From Callorhinchus milii (Eukaryota): a stretch of 64,000 nt of DNA. The DNA is taken from NCBI RefSeq assembly GCF_018977255.1, contig NW_024704742.1, forward strand, positions 12,898,001-12,962,000. Reading direction: 5' to 3'. This document shows, in pieces, positions 12,390 through 25,670 of this stretch. A model generated the notes under the pieces. It saw nothing but the letters and a program-made list of their open reading frames with translations. It had not been told where the DNA came from and searched no databases. The number at the start of each line of letters is the position of its first letter. Positions within the stretch are counted from its first letter, which is position 1. Both the position numbers and the translations under genes were made by a program.

Positions 12390-13540
12390 CAAATTATAAC
12401 ATTTACATTTATGCAGTGTTTTTAACCGGAACAGTGTTTCTAAGCTTTCGACACTGCGAGCTGGACACCCGAGCTGGGAATGAAAGCCGAAGGAGGCGGG
12501 GAGAGGAAAGATGACCGACAGCTTAGTCAAAGAGGTACATATTGAGTCAAGCCTTGAACAATCGGAGGCAGGCAGGGAGCAAGTCGGGGATTCCAGTATA
12601 AAGTTCCAGGCAGCAGAGTCAGAATGACTGATGACTGATGTCTGCTGATGACGGAACGGATGAAGTAGGTCAGTATTTTCTGAGTGAAGGATTGGCAGAG
12701 TCGAAGGAGGATGCACAGGTACGGAGGGCAATCAGTGAAGGGTTTGAAATTGAGAATACCTTTTAAATCCCTACCCACTCAGCTTTTCGTCACATTGCTC
12801 AACTCTGCCACTATCTTTTTAGGTCACAAAGACCGCAATTACGCTTTTATACATCCAAGCTTCACGCTGCTCACTGAATTCCCAGCTCTTCACTATACAA
12901 GCTACAGACCATCCAGCACCCTGCACCTTGTGTCCTCCCTGCACGATGAGCCTATCATCCCATCTTTGCTCAGCTCCATTGGCTCCTCATCCCCCAGGAA
13001 ATCGATTTCAAGATCCTTATTCTCACCTTCAAATTCCAACACGGTCTCGCTCCATCCTACCTCTGTGACCTCTTTCAACCCTGCCGACCTGCTGCTCCCA
13101 TCACTAAACTGGCACCAAACGGCTTCATGTCTCCTACGCCACAATCAGCAACTAGACTTTCTGCTATTCTACCCCTGCTCTCTGGAACTCCATTTCAGAA
13201 TTCTCCCAATTGGCTCTCTCCTACACCTAGTTCAAGGTCTGTCACCTTGTTCAACGGCGTGAAAGGCCTATACAAATGTAATTTATTATTGTTGTCATCT
13301 CAAGACATACCACTTTATGACTGTGGTGCCACTCCCTTGGATCCCACCTCCAACTTGGGTGCTTACTCAGCTTAGAGGCGTCCTCCCAATGTGAAAGGCG
13401 CCATATAAATGTAAATTGTGTATTGTATAGTGGCAGAGAGATAAAGTTGGGTATCATCTGCGTAAATGTGGAAGTCTGTGGATGATGTCACCAAGTGAGA
13501 GTGTATAGATGGTTAAGAGGAGAGGATCAAAGAACAGAAT
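12390..13540. mobile_element. Cluster of old L2 fragments in both orientations
   Basis: Minus-strand 3' end 12390-12740, plus-strand 3' ends 12760-13420, minus-strand RT piece with FHIYADD at about 13440-13540. Confidence 0.7.
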
Positions 13541-14474
13541 CGCGGCAGAATATGCTTGCTGATCTATTTGTGCTCCTTATCCAAAACTGACTGAGATGTA
13601 ATCAATAAATGTCCCAATGTCTTGATGCCACGCATAAAGGTTAAAGCATTATGTGGCCATTCATTAGACTACACATCCTTACACGCCACAGAGGCATATG
13701 GAGTTAGGAAATTTGCCTAAGATTTTGCACTATCGGGACTCAAACCCGGGTCCTCTCCTTGTGAGGTGAGTGCTCTAACCACACTACAGAAGCTTTAATT
13801 CATGTAATTTTCCTATCATAAAGCAGTTCTCCCACTTTTGCCAAGTTTCTCTTTACCGTGACGTCTTTAAATAATAAGATCCATATGCCAGCTTATGTTA
13901 CAGAGCCCGCTTTGAAGTCTACTGCAACAAAATTAACATACGTTTCTTGTATGAAATTACAGTTCACACACTGTGCAGCACACAATTGTGCTTACATTAA
14001 AATGTCAAAATACATTTTACAAAGATAATAAAAGCAAAAGAGTGAAATTAAGCAAAAAAGTAGAACGTTCACAGAAGAATTCCACATTAAAAAAAATGTC
14101 AAGGGTATGGGGTAAGAGTGGGGAAGTGGGACTAATTGGATAGCTCAATTGTAAGGAGTGTAAGGGAAAAAAAGCAAGGAAAAAAATTAAGCAGAATTCG
14201 AGTGCTGTAAAAGGATTTGATTCAGTTTGTACACATTTATATTCTCGCAATCATGGTACCTTGTGAATGGAAACTCAGTTATATAATGTGAGATGGCAAA
14301 CTATATTACTAAAATCTATTTACGAACTTTCCAAAACTTTGCACAACTGGCATATCTATCAGACTTCCATCCAGAAAGATCCAACAGGAAGTTACTTCTT
14401 CTTGAATCCTTTACTTTTACATTCTTAATATCGTGAAAATTATGCCACAATCCTGTTATGCTGGTAATTTCTTA

Positions 14475-14720
<246 letters not shown>

Positions 14721-16049
14721 TCACACACACACACACATACACCAAATCAACTCACAGCAATGGGTCTATTATTGAGGCAATGCTATTGTTGTACCAGGCA
14801 AGATGAGCTGTACAAGTATAATAATAATCCTTGCATTTGATATAGTGCTTTTCACGTCTTCTAGACATCTCAAAGAGCTTCACAGAATATACTGTAAAGT
14901 GAATTGACTGTATATTTGTGGGCGAAACATGTTATGAGTTGACATTCCACCTGGTTCATGGCCAGAGCAACAGATAAAGACTCACCATTATCAATAAACA
15001 GTTCCTTTGTGGTCCATAAACTTGCAATGAAATTTCAACTTTGCAATACTCTAATGACATTATACTGTGTGTACAGATTTTCAAAATGTACCATCCTTAA
15101 GGTAACTCCAAAATATCTAAGTTCCCGATGTTCAATATATATCCTAGAAGTACAATTGAAATCTATACAGAGAAGAGTAAAACAGGTTCTCTCATTAAAA
15201 ACTAAAAATGATCAAAAATGAATTCAATTTACCTGCATAAAATATCTTTGGGTACTTTTAGTAAGGAATTCTAATTATAATGCTAATAATAATCCTTGCA
15301 TTTGATATAGTGCTTTATCATGTCTTTGAGACATCTCAAAGCGCTTCACTGTAATGTGAATTGATTATATTTTGTGAGCGAAACTTAAAAGCATTAACCA
15401 AAAATAGGGAAAATAGCCAATGTACCATTTAGTGATAATCATTATGCAAAAGTGTTAATGATAAATTACTTTCATGGTGAATTTTTTTATGAGAAATGGA
15501 AGGGGCAGTTGGCATTTCAGCGTATTGTGTTGATTCCCAAACACTTACATATGTATCATATGATCTGCAGATACAGTAATTTTAAAGGCAAACTGGTGTA
15601 TTTGGTCGAGTGGTTGATCCAGTTGTGCTCATTTGTTACCTGTTTGCACAATAAGGTAGTAATGAATTAACATACTTTAATTATTAATGTACAATTTAAT
15701 AATTTATTGCATGTTTAGTATTTAACCCCTGCATTTTTAGTATTTAATATCTGTGTCAAACAATGGGTAATACATGGGAACTAAAGCAACATAAACAACG
15801 ACAACAACAAATAAATGTATACAGAGCTTTGCAGGACTTAATAAAAAGACAAATAAAAGAATTCTTTAACGACATGATAAGGAGCTGTATCAAATGCAAG
15901 GATTATTATTATTACTGTTGCTAAATGGGCGCTCAGGGGTAAGTGGGTATGTGGTGGGGAAAAGGCACTTTTAATGTGGCGTCAGCACTTCACCACCTTT
16001 TTCTCTCTCTCTCTCTCACTGGCCCTCTCTGGCTGCTGTGCAGCTCAGT

Positions 16050-18530
16050 GGACACCGCCCCGGGAACTGATTGACAACTCATCCAGTGCGTGACGTCAAT
16101 CACCGCGCGAGAGAGACGTGTACTTCCGGCGGCGTGTTTTGAAAGGCGGCGAGAGCCCTGAAAGGTGCGTTGAGTGCGCAGGCGTAGAGCTTCCCCCCCC
16201 CGCCCCCGGACAAGGTCGAGTAGCTAAGAGGAGGGGTCACGTCAATTGGTACGCAGGCGCGGAGCCGCTCCTCACAAGGTCGGGAAGCTGAGTGGCCATG
16301 TCAGTCAGTGCGCAGGCGCGGAGCCTCCGAACAAGGTCGGGGATCTGAGAGGAGGGGCCACGTCAGCCATTGCGTAGGCGCGATGTCGTCTGTCGAGTTC
16401 TCGATTTAACATGGCGGCAGCAGGGTGGAAGCATGTGTCGATTTGAGCGAATGGAAATGTGCAGGGCAGAAAGCCAGGAAGTCAGTGAGTGAAAACTCAC
16501 ACCTGTCCCCCCTCACCACTACCCAAAAAAAACCAAGAGAAGGGTTAAAAAAAATCCAGACAGGTCGGTTAGGAGTGTTACTCCTGGAGAGGAGAAAAAG
16601 AGACGGACGATCGGACATACACCTGCCGGTGTTGGAGTGGGGTGAGACTGGTGTGGAAACAATTTGTTGCAGTTGTGTGCTTGGCTCGGTTCTGGGGAGG
16701 AGATGAGGGTTCTCGGTTTCGGTCGATCTTTCCATATGGTGCGGGAAGCTGCCATGCGTTTTCCCAGCTTTGCTTTATTCCCCTCTCCCTTGTCCACGGC
16801 GAGAGATTCGTCCCCTGTAAACACACACTGAAAGAAGAGGCGAGGGGGTGGTTTGCATCTGGAGTATGCTCATGGCGACGGTAAAGGTGGTGAGTTGATG
16901 GGAGGAGTGGGGCAGTCAAGCAGTTCGAGGAAATTATTTCGTTTGCAGGGCAAAAAAAGTGTCTGGGATGACTCTGCTTTTAAAGGCGCTGCACCCTGAA
17001 TAGAGTGTGCGCGAGGAGAGAGATGGGCTGCTCCCGCGTGCGCTCTGGGCTGGGCTCGAGATATGGACGTTAATGGAACACGAGGAGAGAGAACGTTCAA
17101 CGTTTAAATCCACACCGCCCCCGGAGGGGGGGGAGAGCGCCGCGTGTCACGCGCACACCTCGCCGCGCGGGCTGCCTGGCTGGTGCGCTCTCGAGGCCGA
17201 GGCGCATAAACAGATCCCGTTTCCAGAGCAACCACTGTGTGTTGTAACAATGGCGTGAAGCGGCGGCGTGGGGTGGGGGGGAGAGAGTGTGAGTGACAAG
17301 CGCGTCACCCCTCCTCACGTTGGTGGGGGGGGGGGGAGAGAGTATGACGGGCTGCGCAGAGCGGCGGCTGCGCCATGGGGACACGTCAATGGGCAGCGCG
17401 CACAGCACCACACGCACAGCAGTAGGAGCAGCACATGGTCCCGGAGAGCCGGGCAACAGCGCTCTCCTTTGGCTAATCGAACACTCAACTTCCTCTCTTT
17501 CTCCACCCACCTTCTCCTCTTCTATTAAGAAAAAAAGGAGGTGGGTGGTGGTGGTGGTGGTGTGCTGCGAGCGGCGGCAGCAGCAGGAGGACGCGTGGTT
17601 GTTTTTTTGCTTCTCCAAGCCCGACTTTGAGAGAGTGGAGAAGGACGAGAGAGACGCGTATTTTTGTACATCAGTTATATATTTAACCTTTTTTTACCCA
17701 CCACCACTGACCCGCATCCGCAGGGCGCTGTGTTTTTAAAGTGAGATTGGAGCAGCTGTTTGCTTTTTTCAGCCTGACGACCTTCTGTCTGACCAGATCC
17801 TTTTCATTTTTTTAATATTTATTTATCATAGATAAGAGAAAATCTCAAGCCGAGGTTTGGTGTGGATCTGTTTCTACAAATCCAATTTCTTAAAATATAC
17901 TCATCACCCCGGTGACCGAAAGAGGACAAAAAAAGACCGCAAAAGGAGGCTTTTTAAAATTTTTAAATCTTTTTTGAAAAGAAATACTCACTGGTTCGCC
18001 TTTTTTGAAATATAATATTTTAATTCGATAGTGAGTGAAGTGGGACTTTTTTTTTAAAAAAAGCTGAATTAAAGCGAGTGTGAGCCCACTCGGCCCAGAC
18101 ACACTTAGCATAGAAAGGGAATGGCCACCGAGGTCGAGTCTCGCATGGTCCAGCCCTCGGATCACGAAGCCTCTGGTCAGCCGCCCGGTTGCTCGCAGGA
18201 CGAGCCCGTCGTCACCCGCGACCGCTCATCGTCCTCGTCCGCTTCGGGAGGAGACGAGGACTCGCAGGGAGGAGGCCTGTCGGAGAGGAGAGACGTGGGG
18301 CTTGTAGGCCAAGAGGAATCCGAGTCACCGCCACTCCCGAGCCAAGTGGAGTTGGACATGTCAACCGATCCGAGGAAAGAGGATAAAGAAAACGACCAGA
18401 GCCCGGGGGAATCGGAGGAGAAGCAACAGAACAAATTCACTGAAGCGCCTCCTCCTAAAATCAACCCCTGGACCAAGAAGAACATGGTCACCGTGAACAG
18501 CGTGAGGGTCAGCAGTCCAGAGCCAGGTTT
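16050..18530 (+). promoter_or_regulatory. CpG island / LARP1B promoter region and first exon
   Basis: Sharp rise in GC and CpG. CRE TGACGTCA 16091-16098, ETS/GABP ACTTCCGG 16122-16129, repeated NRF1-like TGCGCAGGCG, YY1-like AACATGGCGGC 16408-16418. Confidence 0.85.
18121..18526 (+). CDS. LARP1B: LARP1B coding exon 1
   Basis: Strong Kozak gggaATGG. MATEVES...FTEAPPPKINPWTKK resembles LARP1 MATQVE / EAPPPKVNPWTK. Donor CAG|gtttgt, phase 1. Confidence 0.85.
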
Positions 18531-19849
18531 GTGAAGCAAATCTCGTGTGTCAGTCACTTCTGTGTGTGAGGTGTTATTTTGGAGCTGCAAATAGACGAAA
18601 GCATAAATGGCTTTAAGATGTTCAGACTCTTCAACATTAAGTTTTTGTGTGTCTAGNTTTTTTTCCTGTTTCATGAATGTCCCATGGAAATATTGAACAA
18701 TATCTTTAAAAATGAGCGAGTATTGTATTTAAAGAACTTGCACGATGGAGCATTTTACGCAATCGTATTTAAAACAATGGTTTTAGGGAGAAGCTGTGTA
18801 TCGATGTCAATTTAAGATCGTCTCAAATTAGTTGCGATTCTCCTTGGAAAGGGGTTGGGGGTGGGGCCTGGTCATAATAGCTGCTTTGATCAATTTATAG
18901 TTCGAACACTTCTAAATTTATGCTGTTCAGAAAATATTACGATCAGTCAATTTGTCTTCGACCAAATGTGTTGCCATATTGGTCCATGTCATTCATCCAT
19001 TTTATTTACATAAATGGGCATCAGAAAAAGCAAATCAGTAAGAGGTGTGGTCTGTTTACACTCCCAGACCAGAGCTTAATCTAGCCGTAATTAAATTAAT
19101 GGAGGTAGACGACAGAAACGCTGCATTATGATTGCTTTAGTGTTGTTCCTATAGAAAAGCTGGTAAGAGAAGGAAGCTGATTTGGGAAGCTGCAAATGTA
19201 TTTGTGGGGATTAAAACAAAATTATTTTTAGCTCGACAGTAACTGTGTATTTTGTCATCGGCCCAGATCTCGATCTAATCCAGATCATTGCACGTTTATG
19301 TCTCGGAGAAAATCGCTCCTGGTTTTAGATTCAAACGTCCACAGTTTTGTGCTTTTTGTTCCGTTGAGGCAGCGTCAAGTGATTTGGGGGGTGACTCGGT
19401 TCTTTTAATCGAGGCCGCACACATCCAACTGGGTTTACCCACAATCCCGCCGGCAGAAAACGTGGTCCTGTTAGCGAGTGTGTGCAAGTTAGTGAGCGTT
19501 AACTCTTACAGTGCACAGAAGATCTCAATTCGAGCAACGCCAGGCTGCTGAATGACTTATTTTAGGGCAGCTTGCTGATCGGTGCACATCCAGGAAACAC
19601 TGCAGGACTTGGCGAGTTTCAGTGCTTACCATCCCCCAATCTCTGATCGAATTTCATGGTAGCACGTGTAAGGTCGATCACTGCAATCAGTTTGAATATG
19701 TCTGTAGTATAGCAGAAAGATGTTTTTTTAATTGGAGACAGACTGACAGTACTTTAGAAACTTGCATTGCATAAGTATTTTTCATGTTTGAACCTTCAGC
19801 AACATTTATTTACGTGTTAATAGACCTAAAATTAATAATTCTTGAATTT

Positions 19850-20520
19850 AATATGAGCCTATAATGTCAAGCACAAGATTTCTGTAATGAATAAGTAATG
19901 TTTTGGTATTTGTAGGCAAACACTGCAGCCAATTTTCATACAACAATTCACCATGGGATCTTTAACATCCATCTGAAATGCTGTGTCCAGCCCTTGGGAC
20001 ATCCTCCCAACGTGAAAGACGCTATACAAATGTAATCTTGTTGTTGAATAGGCAGACTGGGCCTTGGTTTACCATCTCACCTGAAAGAGACTGCAGTCTT
20101 CTCCCTGCACTGCATTTGGATTTTCAGTTTTATAATAATAATCCTTGCATTTGATATAGCGCTTTTCACGTCGGGAGGACATCCCAAAGCACTTCACAGA
20201 ACACACTGTAAAGTGGAATTGACTGTATATTTGTGGGCAAACGCGGCAACCAATTGCGCACAGCAATGTCCCACAAACAGTCGTGGATTGAAAATGATCA
20301 ATTTATTATTGTTTTTTTTTGGAGGGATTATTATTATTAGGCGTGTGGAGTAAGGAAACTTGCCCAAGGTTTCGTCCTGAAATTGAACTCAGGTCTCTCG
20401 CTTGCAAAGCGAGTGCTCTAACCACTGAGCTACAGGACTCCACGATGAGCTCAAAGTGCCAACGTGGGCTTGAACCCACAACCTTCTTACCCAGTTAGTG
20501 CTACCAGCTGAGCCAGGTTT
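19850..20520 (-). mobile_element. Old Deu-like SINE with nested L2 tail (about 19983-20045, +) and nested full-length tRNA-SINE (20132-20442, -)
   Basis: The nested SINE has a complete head TGGAGTCCTGTAGCTCAGTGGTTAGAGCACTCGC-TTTGCAA-GCGAG (Ala-like anticodon arm). The older element resumes after each insert. Confidence 0.75.
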
Positions 20521-21458
20521 ACACCAGTGGCTACACACATTTTTTGGAGTAAAATGGGTACATTTCACAATGTGAAAGTTTTCACAGTTAATTGACTTCA
20601 TGAATTTTGGTGCTGTTTGAATACTTTACATTATTGGGGAAACTAACTGGGGAAAGAACACTGAATCTACTCAGGTTGAAGTTGCTAGATTAATATATAA
20701 ATAAGGTGATTGACAAAGCAATCTAGGTTAGGACATCCCATTAAGATGATTCCACATAGCAATGGCTATGCTTACAGTGCTCGGGAATTACGGTTATGCT
20801 AACCAGATGTTAGACTGTTCTGGTGCTGAGTAGCTGCCTTAAAAAATTGCTGCTATCAGGATTGTTGGTCACCTCTAATGTTACTTTCTGTGTGCTATGC
20901 TCAAGAAGTGTCACTGATTTAGGTGTAGGTAATGGTATTTTGTGGTGCTTCCTCTGCATGTGCGCAACACACAGGAAATTGCAATAATCTTAATAATCCA
21001 GAAGTTTGCTAATTTTTCTTTTTTGCTTGTAAGATAACCTAAGGTTTTGGACCCAATGATATATTGTCTTGCAGTTGCATCTGATGGATAGTAAAACTGG
21101 ATTTAGGTAATTTTGCGATATATAGCCAGAGTCACAAATTCAAGCATTTGCGCATTCATTGCAGGAGTGAAAGCTTGCACATAAAATTACAGTATCGTTC
21201 TTTTAAATGTTCTTGTATTGACAGAATTCCTTATGATCTGAATCAGCTTCCAGGAACTGGTAAATTGAATAAATATGACAAAAGTAAATGTTAGTTAACT
21301 GGATTATTTTAAACTAACTACATCACAGTAACTTTGACATCATTAAGTGTCTTTCACTTGGATGTCACAAAGGAAATTGTTAGTAATAAAAGATGGGTCA
21401 CTGTGTATTGAATTATTTGTGAATGTTGCCAAGTTATTATACAGTTTGTAGTTGTTCA

Positions 21459-21640
21459 TAATAATAATAATCCTTGCATTTGATATAACACTTTTCACGT
21501 CTCAAAGTGCTTCACAGAATATGCTGTAAAGCGAATTGACCGTATATTTGTGGGCGAAACGCGGCAGCCAATTGTGCACAGCAGTGTCCCTTAAACAGTC
21601 GTGGATTGAAAATGACCAATTTATTATTGTTTGGTTTTGG
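21459..21640 (-). mobile_element. tRNA-SINE 3' half
   Basis: Matches the family body and tail. Further 3' fragments at about 2615-2710, 6865-7000, 8240-8347, 12090-12220, 14820-14930, 15285-15385 and 42620-42730. Confidence 0.85.
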
Positions 21641-23002
21641 ATAGAAGAGAATGTTTGAAATAGCTTTTAATTAAAAAATATGACAAAGCATGTTACCATT
21701 AAAGTAGTAAACTTTCTATTTAATTCCTTTGTAGCCTGACATTCAGTTCAGTTGTATGGCCCACTCAAAACTTTGCATTGTGGGAATATATTTAATCAGG
21801 AAGATTCAATATCATTCAATACATTCAGATCATATGTTGAGTGGTTTACATTTTAGTCTGTTCTAAAAATTGAATTAATCTTTGATGTCCCCTGATAATG
21901 TCATGAATTAAATGCAAATGTGTTAAATGTGAGTCATTGTAGACCACATTGTTACAGTTTTGATACCTGGTATCTTTTAAATTGGTCTCATCTGATATTG
22001 TGCTACAATTCTTTTCAACCCGTGGTTTGGGGGGAATAGTACAGAATTCCCGATTAGTCATTTGACCCTAATATGCTGGATGAGAGCAACAACAAAACTA
22101 TATTTGTATAGTGCCTTTCATGTTGGGAGGACGTTCCAAGGTTCTGGACAGTGTTTCGGACCCGAGCTGGGGGTCAGGGTGGGGGTCAAGCGGAACAGAA
22201 TAAAGTTCATCTATAATGGCCTCCATGGATATTAGGCTTTTGGAATATGTAAAGGGGAGAGAGAAAGAAAGATTCCAGTACCTGTGGAACTGTACCCCAG
22301 TATGAGTTTCTGATTTTGGTAAATGAAGGGTAAGGGAATAATTAGGGAACATATTCTAGGAGCATAAATAATTAAAGCATATTCTGGGAGTAAAACAATT
22401 GAAACTTCCCACTGTTGGTCACTGTATGCTTCTCTGACAGGTTTCTTTGTGTGACAGATGGGTATTTTTAGGGTGCAGTTTATCTTTTTATACTTCCTAT
22501 TTCCTTTTGAGTGTTCCTTTAGAGCTTGCTCCACTACAAACCAACCTATTTGAATTAATCTCTCTGGACTGGAATTTGATTTGTCATTGGGTGTAACAAG
22601 ATTTTGTCTTTGGAGCTGGTTGTCTACGTTTGGCGACAATTTCCTCATCATTTACATTTAATCTGTTATATTTATTATTATATTGTAGACCAATAAAATT
22701 GGGTACAATTCCCACTGTCTTGTATCATTGGTGCATGAATTTTCCCATCGGCAGTTGAGAAACGATAATTTTTTTTCAGAAAAGACATTGAAAGCTTTTT
22801 TTTAAAAGAAGCATAAATTTTGATGGATTTGAGTATCACAACACCAGTGCATTGTGGTTTTCTGTGATCATTGATCAACTAGGAGCTACATGAACCCATG
22901 GGATAGGCTCATCCCATTTCAAGCTATTCCAATGGGTTGAACCCATCTCAGATATATAAAGCTGCTTTAACAAGAGACTGGTTCTGGCAGCAGGGACAGA
23001 AA

Positions 23003-23740
23003 AACAACAACAACAAAATTACATTTGTATAGCGCCTTTCACGTAGGGAGGACGTCCTAAGGCAGGCGCTGGATAATTAAAATGTTTCAGATCTGAGGTT
23101 GGGATCGGGGAGGGTGGAGGGCATGGGGCAAAGGAGGGTGATCGAAGGCATGGCCGAAGAGGAGGGTCTTGGAGGAGGCAAGGAAAAGGGCAAGATGGAA
23201 GGACTGCGGGGTGGAGTTCCAGAGGTTGGGGGCAGAGTGACAGAAGGCCCGCCCGCCAATAGTGGGGCGAGTGAGTCGGGGAACGTGAAGAGGTCTTAGA
23301 GGTAGGGGGGAGCAAGGCCATGGAGGGCGAAGAAGGTGTGAGGACCAGGATCTTGAACTGTATCCTCTATGTGATGGGAAGCCAGTGGAATCGGGTGAGG
23401 ATGGGGGTGATAGGGTCACTGAGCCTGGTGCGGGAGAGGACATGGGCTGCAGAGTTCTGGATGATCTTCAGCCTATGAAGGGAGGAGTTGGGGAGGCTGA
23501 CAAGAAGGGAGTTTATATAGTCAAGCCTGGGTGTCATGATTGCGTGTGTGAGGGTTTTGGCGGCCTGCGGTCTGAGACAATGGCGGAGCCGGGCGATGTT
23601 GCAGAGATGGGAGAAGGCAGAGCGGGTCATGGATGTGGGGTATAAAGGCTAGTTGAGGGTCAAACAAGATGCTATGGTTTTGGAATGGATCAGTGAGGTG
23701 GAGTGCTCATCCTTGGATGGTGATGCTGTCAGCGCCTGAG
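23003..23740 (-). mobile_element. L2 LINE 3' fragment
   Basis: AFSHLCNIARLRHCL...RLDYINSLL...LKIIQNSAA...FHWLP and (TTG)n tail. Confidence 0.9.
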
Positions 23741-24719
23741 AACAAGGGGAAGGAGTGGGGGCTTCTCTAGTAGATAAGACAGTTGTTTACTTTTACTTGA
23801 GGGTGAGTGGGAGCAAAGTCTCAGAATGATAAAAGGACCAAAACAAATCAGTGCAGGTGCAGCAGCGCACCCCCTAAACACATGCACAGCCATGAATTTT
23901 CAAAAAAAGTTAATCAATATTTTCGTTTGAGTTGAAGAGAGAATGATTATTCCAAAAAAAACCTTCAAATGCAGATGAATGAAAAGGAAGGGAATAACAA
24001 AACAATTCTCCATTAAAACAAAACATTTTTCCTGACTCCAACTGTTGTATTCTTTCCCTCAGCAAAGTAGAATGAATTTGCAAATAAAGCACAATTGAAG
24101 CTTTATTCTAATGGATGATGAGGTATTAGTTTGCCCTTTTTGGAGGACAGAAGAGCAACTTTTGTCTCTTATTTTATCCAATTTTTCGTCCTCAGTTTCA
24201 TGCGAATTGCAAGTCAGAAAATCAACCCTTTTCCGTATTTTGAGTTGTTCCCATCCTTTTGCTTGATGTTCTGAATTGAGTACATGGAGGTTTGTGACAG
24301 TGACCTGAGAATGATTTCCTTCTGTTTTTCTATTTCCTTCATTCCTCTGTGTGTTTTACACTTTTGTGCTCCACGCAATGCAATTTGTGTTGAAAAAAAC
24401 TCAGATTGGCATAACTATTCTACAGCTGTTATAATGTTCTCGCTTGTGGTGGAAGGTGTTCATTGTCATTAGTTAAAGCATTAGTTATTTAAACATGTTC
24501 TTTGCTCCAGGTAGAATACTTTGTTGTAAGTAGAATCATCTTTGTGATTCTTTACATACATGTAAGCATTTCATATGCGTTTAAGTATATCTGTGAATTA
24601 ATGCCATAATACGGTTAGAAATTTGTCTTGCTTCTCTCAAATATTTACTTAAGAGGGAAATGAGACATTTCAAGAAGTTGAATTTCAAACAAAAGTTGTA
24701 TTCAGACATTTTTCAGTTT

Positions 24720-25110
24720 TTAATAATCCTTACATTTCACGTTGTACCTTATGTCATTGAATTGTCAGTGTTTTCACAGGATATTTACTGTGAAGTGTAG
24801 TGACTAACTATTTATGGACATACACACAACAGCCAATTTGTTCATAGCAATGGAATGAATGCCCAATTTTAATTGAGAGGATTGTTTTCAGGACACCAGG
24901 ATAAACTCTTTTCTACTAGTGCATGGGATCTTTAACGTCCAACTAAACAAGCAGGCAGGACCTTGATTTAACTTCTTTTCTGTCAGCAAAACCAATTATG
25001 CTCCTCCAGCATGGTATTGAAGTGGCAGCCTAGACTATGAACTCAAAGCCCGATGTGAGACTTGTACCCACTAACTTTTGCCTCGGATGCGGGTGCTACC
25101 AACTGAGCCA
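24720..25110 (-). mobile_element. Old Deu-like SINE
   Basis: Similar to the copies at 27750-28140 (-), 39945-40330 (+) and 46390-46790 (-). Confidence 0.6.
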
Positions 25111-25199
25111 GACGTTGCTTTTTTATTTAACTCAAATTGTGACATTGCTATTATTTCTCCAGCCTACCTTTCCTATCTAGTCCTGTACCGGTTGTTGAC

Positions 25200-25670
25200 G
25201 TTCTTCTCCGCTCCCACCTTTCTGTATACTCCCTACTTGAGTCCCTCCAGTCCAGCTTCCATCCTGCCCACAGCACCGAGACAGTCTGTCAAAATCATCA
25301 ATGACATAATCTTTCTGCGACTGGGGATCCCTTTGCCTTATTCTTTCTGATTTTAATACTGTTCACCACTGTCCTCCTCGATTGTCTCTCCTCCCTCGAC
25401 GACATCTCTCTCCTGGTTCAGTTCCCACCACATCTATTTCCTCTTCACTAATGGTTTCTCCTCTTGTCCCTGTGGTCACCTGAGTGTACCAAGGACTCCA
25501 TCAACAACCCCTTCCTCTTCTTTGTCCACATGATCTCTCTCGGTGACATCATCCACATACACGGGCTTAACTTCCACATGCAGATGACGCTCAAAATCTA
25601 CTTTTCCAATTCTACTCTTGATTCCAGGTCCAGTGATGTTCTATCTTTTTGCCTGTCAGACAACAAAGAG
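25200..25670 (+). mobile_element. Degenerate L2 RT fragment
   Basis: VKIINDI..., LGDIIHIHGLNFHM-[Y]ADD remnants. Confidence 0.7.

Noticed and set aside
16170..16420. Repeat-spacer array
   Set aside because: The spacers are related to each other; better explained as a diverged tandem duplication of promoter motifs.
16406..17739. Many overlapping ORFs in the CpG island
   Set aside because: Expected from stop-codon scarcity in GC-rich sequence; none resembles a known protein.
18657..18657. Single N bases (also 54949 and 57384)
   Set aside because: Adjacent to poly-T runs; assembly ambiguities rather than biology.
20370..20442. tRNA-Ala gene (likewise heads near 3799, 13730, 37500, 45600 and 55010)
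   Set aside because: No closing acceptor stem, and the sequence continues into the SINE body; these are SINE heads.
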